Of a stretch of 34,179 bases of DNA, positions 1 through 8,130 are shown in pieces. The translations under genes and the position numbers were made by a program. Numbering within the stretch: the first letter of the stretch is position 1; each line of letters begins with the position of its first letter. The notes beneath the pieces were generated by a model. It searched no databases. It was not told where the DNA came from and saw only the letters and a list, made by a program, of their open reading frames with translations. The DNA comes from Dehalococcoidia bacterium (lineage in GTDB: Bacteria; Chloroflexota; Dehalococcoidia; Dehalococcoidales; UBA1222): NCBI GenBank assembly GCA_009783135.1, contig WRHS01000003.1:1-34179 (forward strand). Reading direction: 5' to 3'.

Positions 1-121
1 CCAGCATAACGGGTATGCCTTGGATAAAGATAAACCCGGTAATGAGAACCAGCGCGGATATGGATGAAAGGGCAAGCAACAGAAAAATCCATTCGGGTAT
101 TCTTTCTTTAAAATTGTTCAT
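1..121 (-). CDS. pstC: Phosphate ABC transporter permease PstC, N-terminal fragment (runs off the window)
   Basis: The ATG at 121 overlaps the PstS stop (ATGA). It translates MNNFKERIPEWIFLLLALSSISALVLITGFIFIQGIPVML, a PstC-like first TM helix directly after PstS. Confidence 0.8.
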   Translation of the reverse strand, partial: MNNFKERIPEWIFLLLALSSISALVLITGFIFIQGIPVML

Positions 122-1509
122 CGGTTCGCCCCTTCCGTCATCCCCATACCCATGGGGATTAGCCCCTCGTCAATGAGCATCTGCTGCCCTTGGGGAGAAG
201 TTACAAAATCGATAAAATGTTGTGTATCGCCTTGGGGCGGGGTTGCGGTTACAAATAAAAAGGGTCTGTATAGGCTGTAACTCCCGTCGACGACATTTTC
301 CCATTTGGGGGCAATGCCGTCAAGCCACAAAGCTTTGACCGAATCATCAACCAGCCCCAACGAGATAAAACCAATCGAGTTGGGATCGCCCGAAACCAGT
401 TGCCGTACCGACCCGTTAGAGTCTTGAATAATTGCCTTCGCATCTACAAAACGACCGTCCATCACCAAGTCGTCAAACGCGCTTCTTGTCCCCGAACCTT
501 CCTCCCGCGCAATGATGTGTATCTTTGCATCGCGCCCGCCTACCTCTGCCCAGTTGGTGAACTTGCCCGCGTATACATTACGAACCGCATCCATCGTAAG
601 ATTCTGCACAGGGTTATCGGGGTGTATGATAATCGCCAGCCCATCCTTTGCGATTTCGATATTCCACAAATGCATTTCTTTCTCGGTTAGCGCGCGTGAC
701 GACATACCGATGTCTGCCACACCGGTTTCGGCGGCGGTGATACCCGAAGACGAGCCTCCGCCCTGAATATCAACATGGTTATCGGGATATTGCTTCCAAT
801 ACTCTTCGGCAAGAACTTCGGCATAGGGCTGAACCGATGTCGAACCCGCAACAATAACCGCCGAATGCGGTCTGCCGCCGCAACCGGCAAGGATAAATGA
901 GAGAAGAATCCACCATCTGCGCCGCGATGCCAGCCACTTGGGGGAAACAAGACCCAGCTTAGCCAGCCCCATTATGGCCAAAGGAGTTTCAAACACCAGC
1001 CCGACAAACAGCAATACGCGGGATACTATGTTGACATAGTCGGAAATGCGTGGTGTGAGAGGGGCAAACTCGCGCTGGAAATTATAGAAAAACTCGAGCA
1101 TTAGCGGTAAAGCAACGAAGTAGGCGAAAGCAACTCCCAGGAGAAACATGATGGTAATGGCCGGGATTATGGAGAGAACAAAATGCTTTTCACGTTTGGT
1201 AAGACCGGGACCTATGAAAGCGAATACCTGATATATCAGAAAAGGCATGGCTAGTATAACGCCGGTTGTTAGCCCGATGTTAAACCATACGGTTATATTC
1301 TCCGTCATCTCAATTGCTATAAATTCAATATTGGGCGGTGCCGGCAACTGCAGCAGCCGAAGGACCCAATTAGCCGCGACCATACCCACCACCAAACCGA
1401 TGATAACCGAGGCGGCAGAATAAATAATGCGCTTGCGCAATTCTTTCAGATGCTCTATGACGGTGGCGCGGCCCTCTTCCTCTCGTATTGTCTGTGTGTC
1501 CTCAGCCAT
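118..1509 (-). CDS. tatC-pstS: In-frame fusion of C-terminally truncated TatC (aa ~1-208) and phosphate-binding lipoprotein PstS (from Cys210)
   Basis: The N-part has TatC motifs (EHLKELRKRII, YQVFAFIGPGLTKREK, GLVFETP, WLASRRRW). After LAGC the sequence is PstS (AGSTSVQP, QGGGSSSG, ADIGMSSR, REEGSGTR, YSLYRPF). Confidence 0.85.
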   Translation of the reverse strand: MAEDTQTIREEEGRATVIEHLKELRKRIIYSAASVIIGLVVGMVAANWVLRLLQLPAPPNIEFIAIEMTENITVWFNIGLTTGVILAMPFLIYQVFAFIGPGLTKREKHFVLSIIPAITIMFLLGVAFAYFVALPLMLEFFYNFQREFAPLTPRISDYVNIVSRVLLFVGLVFETPLAIMGLAKLGLVSPKWLASRRRWWILLSFILAGCGGRPHSAVIVAGSTSVQPYAEVLAEEYWKQYPDNHVDIQGGGSSSGITAAETGVADIGMSSRALTEKEMHLWNIEIAKDGLAIIIHPDNPVQNLTMDAVRNVYAGKFTNWAEVGGRDAKIHIIAREEGSGTRSAFDDLVMDGRFVDAKAIIQDSNGSVRQLVSGDPNSIGFISLGLVDDSVKALWLDGIAPKWENVVDGSYSLYRPFLFVTATPPQGDTQHFIDFVTSPQGQQMLIDEGLIPMGMGMTEGANR

Positions 1510-1542
1510 AACAACCTCTTTTTAAACCATCTGCATGGATAA

Positions 1543-2226
1543 TCAGCCCGAAATACTTTCCTTTTCTGCCGATGGCGTCACAATGGTATCCTTGGGGGTG
1601 GTAACAGGTGCCGACAATGGCTCGTCCTTGGGAGATTCAATAGTGGTGCGAGCAACAGGCTTCGGCTCAGCCTCATATACCGTTGCGGCATTGTTCTCCG
1701 GTGCGCTGGTATCACCGAACCAGTCGTCAGTTGTGCCATCGGAGCTGGTATCAAAGGCGTTATCAGTGCTTGCAGGGACCGGCTCAGACTTAACGCCGAA
1801 TGCGGTTTTTAACTCCCCTGCCTGATCATTAATGGTTTTGGATATGTCTCTGGCATTCTGCTGCAGGGAATCGACAGCCTCTTTGGTAGTGCTTTCTACA
1901 CTTTGCGAGATTGCTGTGGATTGCTCACTGAAAGTATTTTTCAGGTCGGAGATATCTTTTTCCAGTGATTTCCTTATGTCAGAAATATCCTGTTTGACGC
2001 TGGAAACGCCGCTGTCCTCATCGTCCAATCCGATGGATTTCGACAACTCGCTGGTAACGCTTGAGGTAATCTTGCGAATACGCCGTATAATCTTGGCAGC
2101 TTTGCGTGCGTATGAAGGCAGTTTCTCCGGTCCAACCAATATCGAGGCGACCAGCAGGATGACTGCCAGTTGCATCCAGCTAATACCCAAACCCAGAATG
2201 TTCACGCTACCATCTCTCTTTTTCAA
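1543..2226 (-). CDS. tatB: Twin-arginine translocase subunit TatB-like (true start possibly GTG at 2205)
   Basis: N-terminal TM with GPEKLP motif, amphipathic helix and long polar tail; lies between tatA and tatC. Confidence 0.8.
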   Translation of the reverse strand: MKKRDGSVNILGLGISWMQLAVILLVASILVGPEKLPSYARKAAKIIRRIRKITSSVTSELSKSIGLDDEDSGVSSVKQDISDIRKSLEKDISDLKNTFSEQSTAISQSVESTTKEAVDSLQQNARDISKTINDQAGELKTAFGVKSEPVPASTDNAFDTSSDGTTDDWFGDTSAPENNAATVYEAEPKPVARTTIESPKDEPLSAPVTTPKDTIVTPSAEKESISG

Positions 2227-2402
2227 CCTAATTCATGGCACATGCATGCCAAATTTGTAACTCATATGAATTAAAAACAGCACAGCTTTCAAACGAAAAA
2301 CATGGAATACCCGTCAGCGCCGAAGACGACATAAAATACAACGATAATCTGCCGGTTAACGCACTTCAACTTCAAGCGGAGTGGATTCTCGGCAAAACAG
2401 TT

Positions 2403-2433
2403 CAACCCAGAATGCCAAAAGGCACCTGGGTTG
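2403..2433 (-). terminator. Hairpin immediately after tatA (terminator or mRNA-stabilising stem-loop)
   Basis: CAACCCAG-GTGCC-TTTT-GGCAT-TCTGGGTTG on the - strand, 4 nt after the tatA stop; weak U tract. Confidence 0.5.
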
Positions 2434-2437
2434 TGTA

Positions 2438-2662
2438 TTATAAGGAATCGTCGGTTTTGGTCTTCTTGGATGCTGCTTTGCGCTTCTTTTTGGGCAACGC
2501 TTCTACGTCGTCATCTTCCTCTTCGTCGTCTTCCTGCGACTTCTTGAAAGCGCGAATAGACTTGCCGATGGATGCGCCCACCTGAGGCAACTTCCCTAAG
2601 CCAAAAATCATGACAAAGAGAACAAGAATGAGTACTATTTGCCAAACGCCTAATCTTCCCAT
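2438..2662 (-). CDS. tatA: Twin-arginine translocase subunit TatA
   Basis: MGRLGVWQIVLILVLFVMIFGLGKLPQVGASIGKSIRAFKKS has the FGxxKLP TatA motif; SD GGGAG. Confidence 0.92.
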   Translation of the reverse strand: MGRLGVWQIVLILVLFVMIFGLGKLPQVGASIGKSIRAFKKSQEDDEEEDDDVEALPKKKRKAASKKTKTDDSL

Positions 2663-2898
2663 TTGAACATCTCCCTTTCCCTTTAATATTGGATGGCGGC
2701 TCTTACGCCGGGATTCGATATCCCCATGCTCAGCGAACCAGCGGACGGGTTCATACCCTTTGACACTGCATCAGTGTCCCTTCCGCACAAACCACCCGAT
2801 ATTTAACCAAGACAAAGAACCCAGGAGACTTTACTTTTTCCTGCGAACAACCCACTTTGATTTCCAAAGTGTTCGCAACGGCATTTGGCTTATTGCAA
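2663..2898 (-). ncRNA. Candidate structured 5' leader or ncRNA upstream of tatA (family unassigned)
   Basis: About 235 nt lie between a good promoter and tatA, with multiple nested helices (see findings). Confidence 0.4.
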
Positions 2899-2904
2899 TT
2901 AACC

Positions 2905-2933
2905 AAAATAGCACTCTTTGCTTATGCTGTCAA
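2905..2933 (-). promoter_or_regulatory. Sigma70-type promoter for the tat operon
   Basis: TTGACA-17 nt-TATTTT with an extended TGn motif. Confidence 0.6.
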
Positions 2934-2981
2934 CTTTTGTTTTTGACGCATGGTTTTGTGAGATTGAGCCTGAAAAGCGAA

Positions 2982-3167
2982 TTATCTTTTGCGTAGTACC
3001 ATACTGACTGGTACAAAAAGAATCAGACCACCCAGTGCCACCCCGAATGCACCGAGCGCCGTGCGATGCTCAATTAGCATGCGGACTCCGATGGCAAGAC
3101 ACGCCCCGGCGAGCAGCATTAAGAACAGATAGCTAAAAATATCCCTGCGTAAGATTTTGACCTTCAT
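2982..3167 (-). CDS. Small two-TM membrane protein (61 aa)
   Basis: SD AGGAG before ATG 3167; MKVKILRRDIFSYLFLMLLAGACL...VLRKR has two hydrophobic segments. The longer ORF-track start overlaps the pseudouridine synthase and is rejected. Confidence 0.6.
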   Translation of the reverse strand: MKVKILRRDIFSYLFLMLLAGACLAIGVRMLIEHRTALGAFGVALGGLILFVPVSMVLRKR

Positions 3168-3303
3168 GGCGATGCTCCTATACCCGCGATGATCGAAGAC
3201 TGGGCTTACGCCAGCATTGTTTTTATAGCATACTGCGCACGTAAGGTCAATACCGTCTGATCCGGCTCTTAACTTATCGCCAAGAGTCCAAAATGTGTTT
3301 GAA

Positions 3304-4029
3304 CTATTCCGCGACAGAACTGCGCAGTTGTGACACCTCAAGTGCCGTAAGCAGACGGCTATGCCCCAAAGGCAGGTCGCCGAGCAGCAGATGCCCCTCG
3401 CGTATGCGCCTGAGTTGCATGACGCGGTATCCCAAAGAGCCGAACATGCGGCGCAGCTGACGCTTGCGACCCTCATGTAACGTAACATAACAAACGTTGG
3501 GCAGCGCATGATGCAGCCTGACGGCAACGGGTGAAGTTGGACCATCGCTGAGAGTCAGCCCGCGCTCCATTTGCTCCCGGTCCGTGCGGCTGAGGGGGCG
3601 GTTAAGCGTGAGGGAATATTCCTTTTCCTGCTCAAAGCGCGGATGTGTCAGATGGTAGGTTAGAGCCCCGTCATTGGTTATTATGAGCAGCCCGCAACTG
3701 TCCAGATCAAGCCTCCCCACCGCATGCAGACCGGCGAGGCGCAGGTGAGACGGCAGCAATTCAATAATGGTTTGCCTGCCGCGTTTGTCTTCGGTTGCGC
3801 AGAGTATACCTGTGGGCTTATTAAGCAGGATATAGATAAACTTCTGTGACGGAATTTTCAGGGGTTTTCCGTCTATGGCTAACGAATCGCCTGGAGCTAT
3901 GGCTTGGGTGAAAGCGCTCACGACCGTGCCATTGACGCATACGCGACCGGTCTTTACGGCGGCGGCCATCTCGCGTCTTGAGCCGCAACCGGCCATAACA
4001 AGGGCTTTTAGCAGACTCAGCTTTTCCAT
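3304..4029 (-). CDS. rluB: rRNA pseudouridine synthase, RsuA/RluB family, with S4 domain
   Basis: S4-like GCGSRRE...GRVCVNG, LLNKPTG, catalytic VGRLDLDSCGLL, HPRFEQEKEY, EGRKRQLRRM. Confidence 0.85.
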   Translation of the reverse strand: MEKLSLLKALVMAGCGSRREMAAAVKTGRVCVNGTVVSAFTQAIAPGDSLAIDGKPLKIPSQKFIYILLNKPTGILCATEDKRGRQTIIELLPSHLRLAGLHAVGRLDLDSCGLLIITNDGALTYHLTHPRFEQEKEYSLTLNRPLSRTDREQMERGLTLSDGPTSPVAVRLHHALPNVCYVTLHEGRKRQLRRMFGSLGYRVMQLRRIREGHLLLGDLPLGHSRLLTALEVSQLRSSVAE

Positions 4030-4085
4030 ATCAATAACACGGCTTTGGTTCAGGGGAGGGCACACGCCTGACGGTTTGGGAAAAG

Positions 4086-4364
4086 CTAGACGCTCAGCAG
4101 CTTGCGCAGTTCATTTTCCTGATAGCCGATAATGCAGCGGCTATTATCAACAACGATGGTGGGGAAAGAACGTTTGGGATTCCAGCGTTCCACATCTGCC
4201 ATGACGTCATGCCTTGAGCTGTCCACCAGTGTGTCAGCATCCTCGTAGTAGTATTCCAGCCCAAGATCAGCCAGCAACAGTTTCGTCTTTTGACACCACG
4301 GACAGGTGCTGATGCTATAAAGCATGAGATGAGGACCCTTTTTACCTGTTACATATTTTGCCAT
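4086..4364 (-). CDS. Glutaredoxin-family protein
   Basis: YSISTCPWCQKTK active site, cis-Pro motif SFPTIVV, IIGY; SD GAGGT. Confidence 0.85.
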   Translation of the reverse strand: MAKYVTGKKGPHLMLYSISTCPWCQKTKLLLADLGLEYYYEDADTLVDSSRHDVMADVERWNPKRSFPTIVVDNSRCIIGYQENELRKLLSV

Positions 4365-4469
4365 TTTCCACCTCTGCCGACATTTGTTTTTATTATAGAC
4401 GTAACAAAGCCGGATTGCCAATGAAAACAGTCCGGATGCCGAGAATCACCAAGCCCGGCGCAAGAAACG

Positions 4470-5114
4470 TTATGCCGGTGTGAGCGCCATGTTGATTACC
4501 ACGTAATGCAGTACGGCGCCGCCCAATATCAGAAGATGAAAGATTTCGTGAAAACCGAATATTTTGGGAAAGGGGTTTGGTCTTTTCATGGCATAAAGCA
4601 CCGCCCCGACGCTGTAAACAACTCCGCCCCCCAGCAGCAGAAAAAAACAGGTGTGCGGCATATTGCGCCATAACTCAAGCATAGGGAATATGGCCAGCCA
4701 GCCGAGCAGCAGATACAGGATTGTTGAGACAATGCGCGGCGCACCAATGAAAAATACCTTGAGCAGTATGCCGGCGCAGACAAAACCCCAGGCTATGAGA
4801 ATAATGCTCCAGCGCCAAGCCCCGGTGAGGTAGATATAGCAAAGCGGCGTATAGCTGCCGGCTATCATGAAGAAAATGGCTATGTGATCCAGCTTGCGCC
4901 AGATACTCACCGAGTTCTCGCTGCGTTTGGAGGCATGATAGCATGCGCTGAAAGAGAACATACCGCACATGGCAAGACCGTAAATCATGCATATAAGTAT
5001 GCGGTCGGCACCCCCGCCGCATTTTAAAAGAAGCCATACCAGCCCGGCAATGGCCGCCACGGCACCTGAAAGGTGCGAATAAAAGGCAAAATACTCGGAA
5101 CGATTGATTTTTAT
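4470..5114 (-). CDS. Hemolysin III / PAQR family membrane protein (probable non-canonical start at ATA 5114 or ATT 5120)
   Basis: SACYH, KLDHIAIFFMIAGSYTP and FGFHEIFHLLIL motifs. The frame extends upstream of the GTG at 5060 through the family motif E-x5-SH-x2-G. Confidence 0.85.
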   Translation of the reverse strand: MKINRSEYFAFYSHLSGAVAAIAGLVWLLLKCGGGADRILICMIYGLAMCGMFSFSACYHASKRSENSVSIWRKLDHIAIFFMIAGSYTPLCYIYLTGAWRWSIILIAWGFVCAGILLKVFFIGAPRIVSTILYLLLGWLAIFPMLELWRNMPHTCFFLLLGGGVVYSVGAVLYAMKRPNPFPKIFGFHEIFHLLILGGAVLHYVVINMALTPA

Positions 5115-5233
5115 GACAATACCCCTTCCCCAACAAATTGACCTAAGTATAACCTTTTGTTGTACGCTGTGGAAATGCGCACCGCCGGGGCGTCTTTTGC
5201 CGCAGGTACGGCGCGTTTGGTAAGGAAACGCTA

Positions 5234-5263
5234 TTGACAGCCCGTTGTGCGCAGTTATACCAT
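5234..5263 (+). promoter_or_regulatory. Promoter giving a probable leaderless transcript of the CPBP gene
   Basis: TTGACA-18-TACCAT with ATG 7 nt after the -10 and no SD. Confidence 0.5.
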
Positions 5264-5270
5264 AGCGTAT

Positions 5271-6029
5271 ATGTCTGATGAGTTGGAAAACGTAATACCC
5301 GTAACGGAAGAGCCGGCGCCGCCGAAAATTTACGGCGGGTGGGCTACCATCGGTATGGGCGTGGCCATAATCCTCACCGCACTGATCGCTGTGCCGCTGC
5401 TGGTGGTTTGCGGAGCGCGGGCACTTGAGCTCGCATTTAATCTGAGCCCTATAAGCAACGGCTTGGTGACGGCACTGTCTTCCATCGCCTCAGGACTCAG
5501 CGGTTTGGCGCTGACTTATCAGATCGTGCGTATGAATGGCAGCCTCAGTCTGAGGGAGTATATCGGGCTAAACCGGCTGAGCTGGAAAATCGTACTTGTG
5601 GCACTGGCGGCCTTTTTAATAGCCGTCGTTTGTATTTTGGGCATCGGGTTTTTGTATGAGGTCTTCTTTGGGGGAGCCGAAAGCACCAATGCCGATTTTA
5701 TGGAGGATATCCTTAGCGGCGCCGGCTGGCTGCTGATGTTTGTGGCAACGGTGATTTTTGCATCGTTCTTTGAAGAGGTTCTCTTCCGCGGTTTTATTTT
5801 CGTGGGGCTGCTGCGCTCAAAGCTGGGGGTTGCGGGCGCCATAGCCTTAACGTCGCTTGTGTGGGCCCTGCTGCATTTGCAGTATGATCTATTCGTCATG
5901 TTTACCATCTGCGTGATGGGAATCGTTATGGGCGTGACGCGTTATAAAACAGGCTCGCTGTGGAGCACGATTATAGTACATTCCCTGTGGAACGCCATGG
6001 CGTTCTTTATTACGCTGCTGGGAAGCTAG
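5271..6029 (+). CDS. CPBP (CAAX/Abi) family intramembrane metalloprotease
   Basis: FEEVLFRG, WALLH and HSLWNA motifs; multiple TM segments. Confidence 0.88.
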   Translation: MSDELENVIPVTEEPAPPKIYGGWATIGMGVAIILTALIAVPLLVVCGARALELAFNLSPISNGLVTALSSIASGLSGLALTYQIVRMNGSLSLREYIGLNRLSWKIVLVALAAFLIAVVCILGIGFLYEVFFGGAESTNADFMEDILSGAGWLLMFVATVIFASFFEEVLFRGFIFVGLLRSKLGVAGAIALTSLVWALLHLQYDLFVMFTICVMGIVMGVTRYKTGSLWSTIIVHSLWNAMAFFITLLGS

Positions 6030-6277
6030 CGCCCAAACAGAGCCAGCTTTTGCTCCAAGACCGCTTTGGGCGGCTCGACCAGCACGTCTCCGTCAGGAAA
6101 AACGATGGTAGGCACGCTGCGGTTTCCCTTGTTGATTTTCTCAACATAGGCGGCAGCCTCACCATCGCCTGAAATATCAACCCACTCGTAAGAAACCCCG
6201 CGTTGCTGAAAAACACGCTTGGCAAACGTGCAGTCGGGGCACCACGATGTTCCGTACATTTTGATTTCAGTAGCCAC
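6026..6277 (-). CDS. Glutaredoxin-like (NrdH/mycoredoxin-type) protein
   Basis: MYGTSWCPDC and GNRSVPTIVFPDG; SD AAGGAG before GTG 6277. Confidence 0.85.
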   Translation of the reverse strand: MATEIKMYGTSWCPDCTFAKRVFQQRGVSYEWVDISGDGEAAAYVEKINKGNRSVPTIVFPDGDVLVEPPKAVLEQKLALFGR

Positions 6278-6367
6278 GGCATTTAGCTCCTTTTGATTTG
6301 TATTACGGCGGCACTGCGCCAAAGCCGGCTGGCAGTCGGCAGGGCAGACAGGCGTGACCCCAAAGGG

Positions 6368-6949
6368 TTATTTGGCTGTGCTGAGCACCTTGTGTTTCGA
6401 TGCGCGCGAAAGCTGCAAGCGTTTTAAAAGCATAAGAGAAAAAAGCCCCAGCGGATAAAGGGCATATAAAACGAGGTCGCGCATAAACAGAACGGCGGTG
6501 AAAACGACGGCGACGCCGACGGCGGTGGATATGGTCGTGCGGCGGGTTAAGCCGACTGAGAGCCCGGCAACCAAAAGCCCGATGCAAAGCGGCCAGAATA
6601 CCAAGCCCGCCAGCGCACCTGTCATCGACGTTGCACCCTGCCCACCCTTGAATTTGAGAAAGAGCGACCAATTGTGGCCTGCCATGGCGGCAAGCCCGGC
6701 AAGCATGGCAACATAGTCGGAGTGCGTAATTACTCTGGCAAGCACAACGGCGGCCGCCGCAAGTAATATGTCCAGAATGGCGGCTAAAGCATATGGCAGT
6801 GCGCCAAGGCGGTAGTAAACCGATGCCGGACTGATGCGCCCGTCGTCTTCTGCGCGGATATCAACCTTGGCGCACAGGCGCGTGATAAGCCATGCCGCAG
6901 AAACCGAGCCCAAAAGATATCCCGCTGCAATACTGAAAACACCGCTCAT
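6368..6949 (-). CDS. plsY: Glycerol-3-phosphate acyltransferase PlsY family
   Basis: GYLLGS, DIR, GHNWSLFLKFKGGQG. Some motifs are divergent (the usual GSGN-G region is altered). Confidence 0.75.
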   Translation of the reverse strand: MSGVFSIAAGYLLGSVSAAWLITRLCAKVDIRAEDDGRISPASVYYRLGALPYALAAILDILLAAAAVVLARVITHSDYVAMLAGLAAMAGHNWSLFLKFKGGQGATSMTGALAGLVFWPLCIGLLVAGLSVGLTRRTTISTAVGVAVVFTAVLFMRDLVLYALYPLGLFSLMLLKRLQLSRASKHKVLSTAK

Positions 6950-7005
6950 ATTCTAATATGTCTCCATACCTGAAGTAAGCCTCATAATATGTTCTTGCGC
7001 GTGCG

Positions 7006-7410
7006 CTAGTCCTTCAGAGGGACACCCTTGGCGTCGGTTGCCACAGAGCCGGTCAAAATGAGAATGCCGTCAATAAGAGGCCATATGGCGCCAATGCCAA
7101 GCGTGAGAACGGAAACCAGAAGCTGTGCGACGGCGATACCGGTATAACCCAGATAAAAGCGCCCCAAACCCAACCAGCCCAGGAATATTTGAAGCAAGCC
7201 GGCAACCAGCTTGGATTTTTGCTCGGATGGCTGAGTGTACTCCTGCTGCGTTGACTGCTGGTTGTAAGAAGGTTGCTCGTAAAAAGACTGCTCCTGCGAC
7301 GTTTGTTTGCTTTGCTCGGATGCGCTTTGTGCAAAGGCACTCTTCGTCCCGCATTTGGAACAGAAATTTGAATCGGACTCAAGCTGGGTGCCGCAACGGG
7401 TGCAATACAT
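7006..7410 (-). CDS. Zinc-ribbon plus TM2 domain protein
   Basis: N-terminal YCxxCG...FCxxCG, Q-rich linker, then KSKLVAGLLQIFLGWLGLGRFYLG (TM2). Confidence 0.85.
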   Translation of the reverse strand: MYCTRCGTQLESDSNFCSKCGTKSAFAQSASEQSKQTSQEQSFYEQPSYNQQSTQQEYTQPSEQKSKLVAGLLQIFLGWLGLGRFYLGYTGIAVAQLLVSVLTLGIGAIWPLIDGILILTGSVATDAKGVPLKD

Positions 7411-7598
7411 ATTTTCTCCATTCGGTGAAAAAGCAGTGTTATTTTGTAGTGTCGACGATAAAATTTAACGCAAAGCCGCCCAAAAAGCAATTTTTGCACA
7501 AGCCCAATATGTTTTGAACCTAAAAAGTCACTATTTTCGCAACAGAAAAACCCTCCGCAAACATCTCATAATCCTTTGTGAATGCTTAGGCACGGAGA

Positions 7599-7631
7599 GT
7601 ATATAGAAAGTATATAACGGGTATATAGAAA
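7599..7631. repeat. Three tandem 11-bp repeats
   Basis: GTATATAGAAA-GTATATAACGG-GTATATAGAAA. Confidence 0.7.
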
Positions 7632-7658
7632 AGGCCTTAAAAATTTAACAATGCTTTA

Positions 7659-8102
7659 TTAACTTTGGGGCTGGTCACCATAAATCAACTCAAAAAAAAG
7701 AATAACCATACTAAGTTGGGAGTCTTTTCCTAAATAATATATTAGATTTCCAGTACCGCAAAGAAATAATATTCTGTCATTTTTATTCTCATTATGATTC
7801 ACTATCATCTCAAGTATTTCAAGATGACCGCCTAACCTTATGAGAGTAGTTTTAACAGTCGATAGCCTGTTATGAAAATCTCCTATATCATCATTTTTTT
7901 CGTATGGTATTAAGGGTGAGTTATTTTCTAGCAATTCAGCTATTTCATATAATTTGTTACATGTGTCACAAGTTGGTTTTTTACTATCACCATGCCTAAA
8001 CAACGATTTAATCCGAAATCCTCGTTTTGAAACCAGTGACTTTCCGCAAACTTTGCATGATACGCTCATGAAATACTTCCACTTCCTTCTTCTACTGCTC
8101 AA
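7659..8102 (-). CDS. Hypothetical protein with two CxxC motifs (start may be ATG 8069)
   Basis: CKVCGK ... CDTCNK; co-oriented and immediately downstream of the S subunit. Confidence 0.45.
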   Translation of the reverse strand: MSSRRRKWKYFMSVSCKVCGKSLVSKRGFRIKSLFRHGDSKKPTCDTCNKLYEIAELLENNSPLIPYEKNDDIGDFHNRLSTVKTTLIRLGGHLEILEMIVNHNENKNDRILFLCGTGNLIYYLGKDSQLSMVILFFELIYGDQPQS

Positions 8103-8130
8103 AAATAGTTAAGCAATTGCTGCAGGTTGT

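Noticed and set aside
2663-2898. Cobalamin, Moco, T-box, c-di-AMP riboswitch or SRP/RNase P identity for the tatA leader
   Set aside because: Only short look-alikes are present (CCAGGAGAC on the wrong strand, GGAAAGGGAG, GGGUGG, GAACCCGUC); the remaining consensus elements are missing.
5271-6029. CAAX/Abi protease as an abortive-infection gene
   Set aside because: The Abi label of this family is historical; the motifs are those of an ordinary CPBP protease in a housekeeping context.
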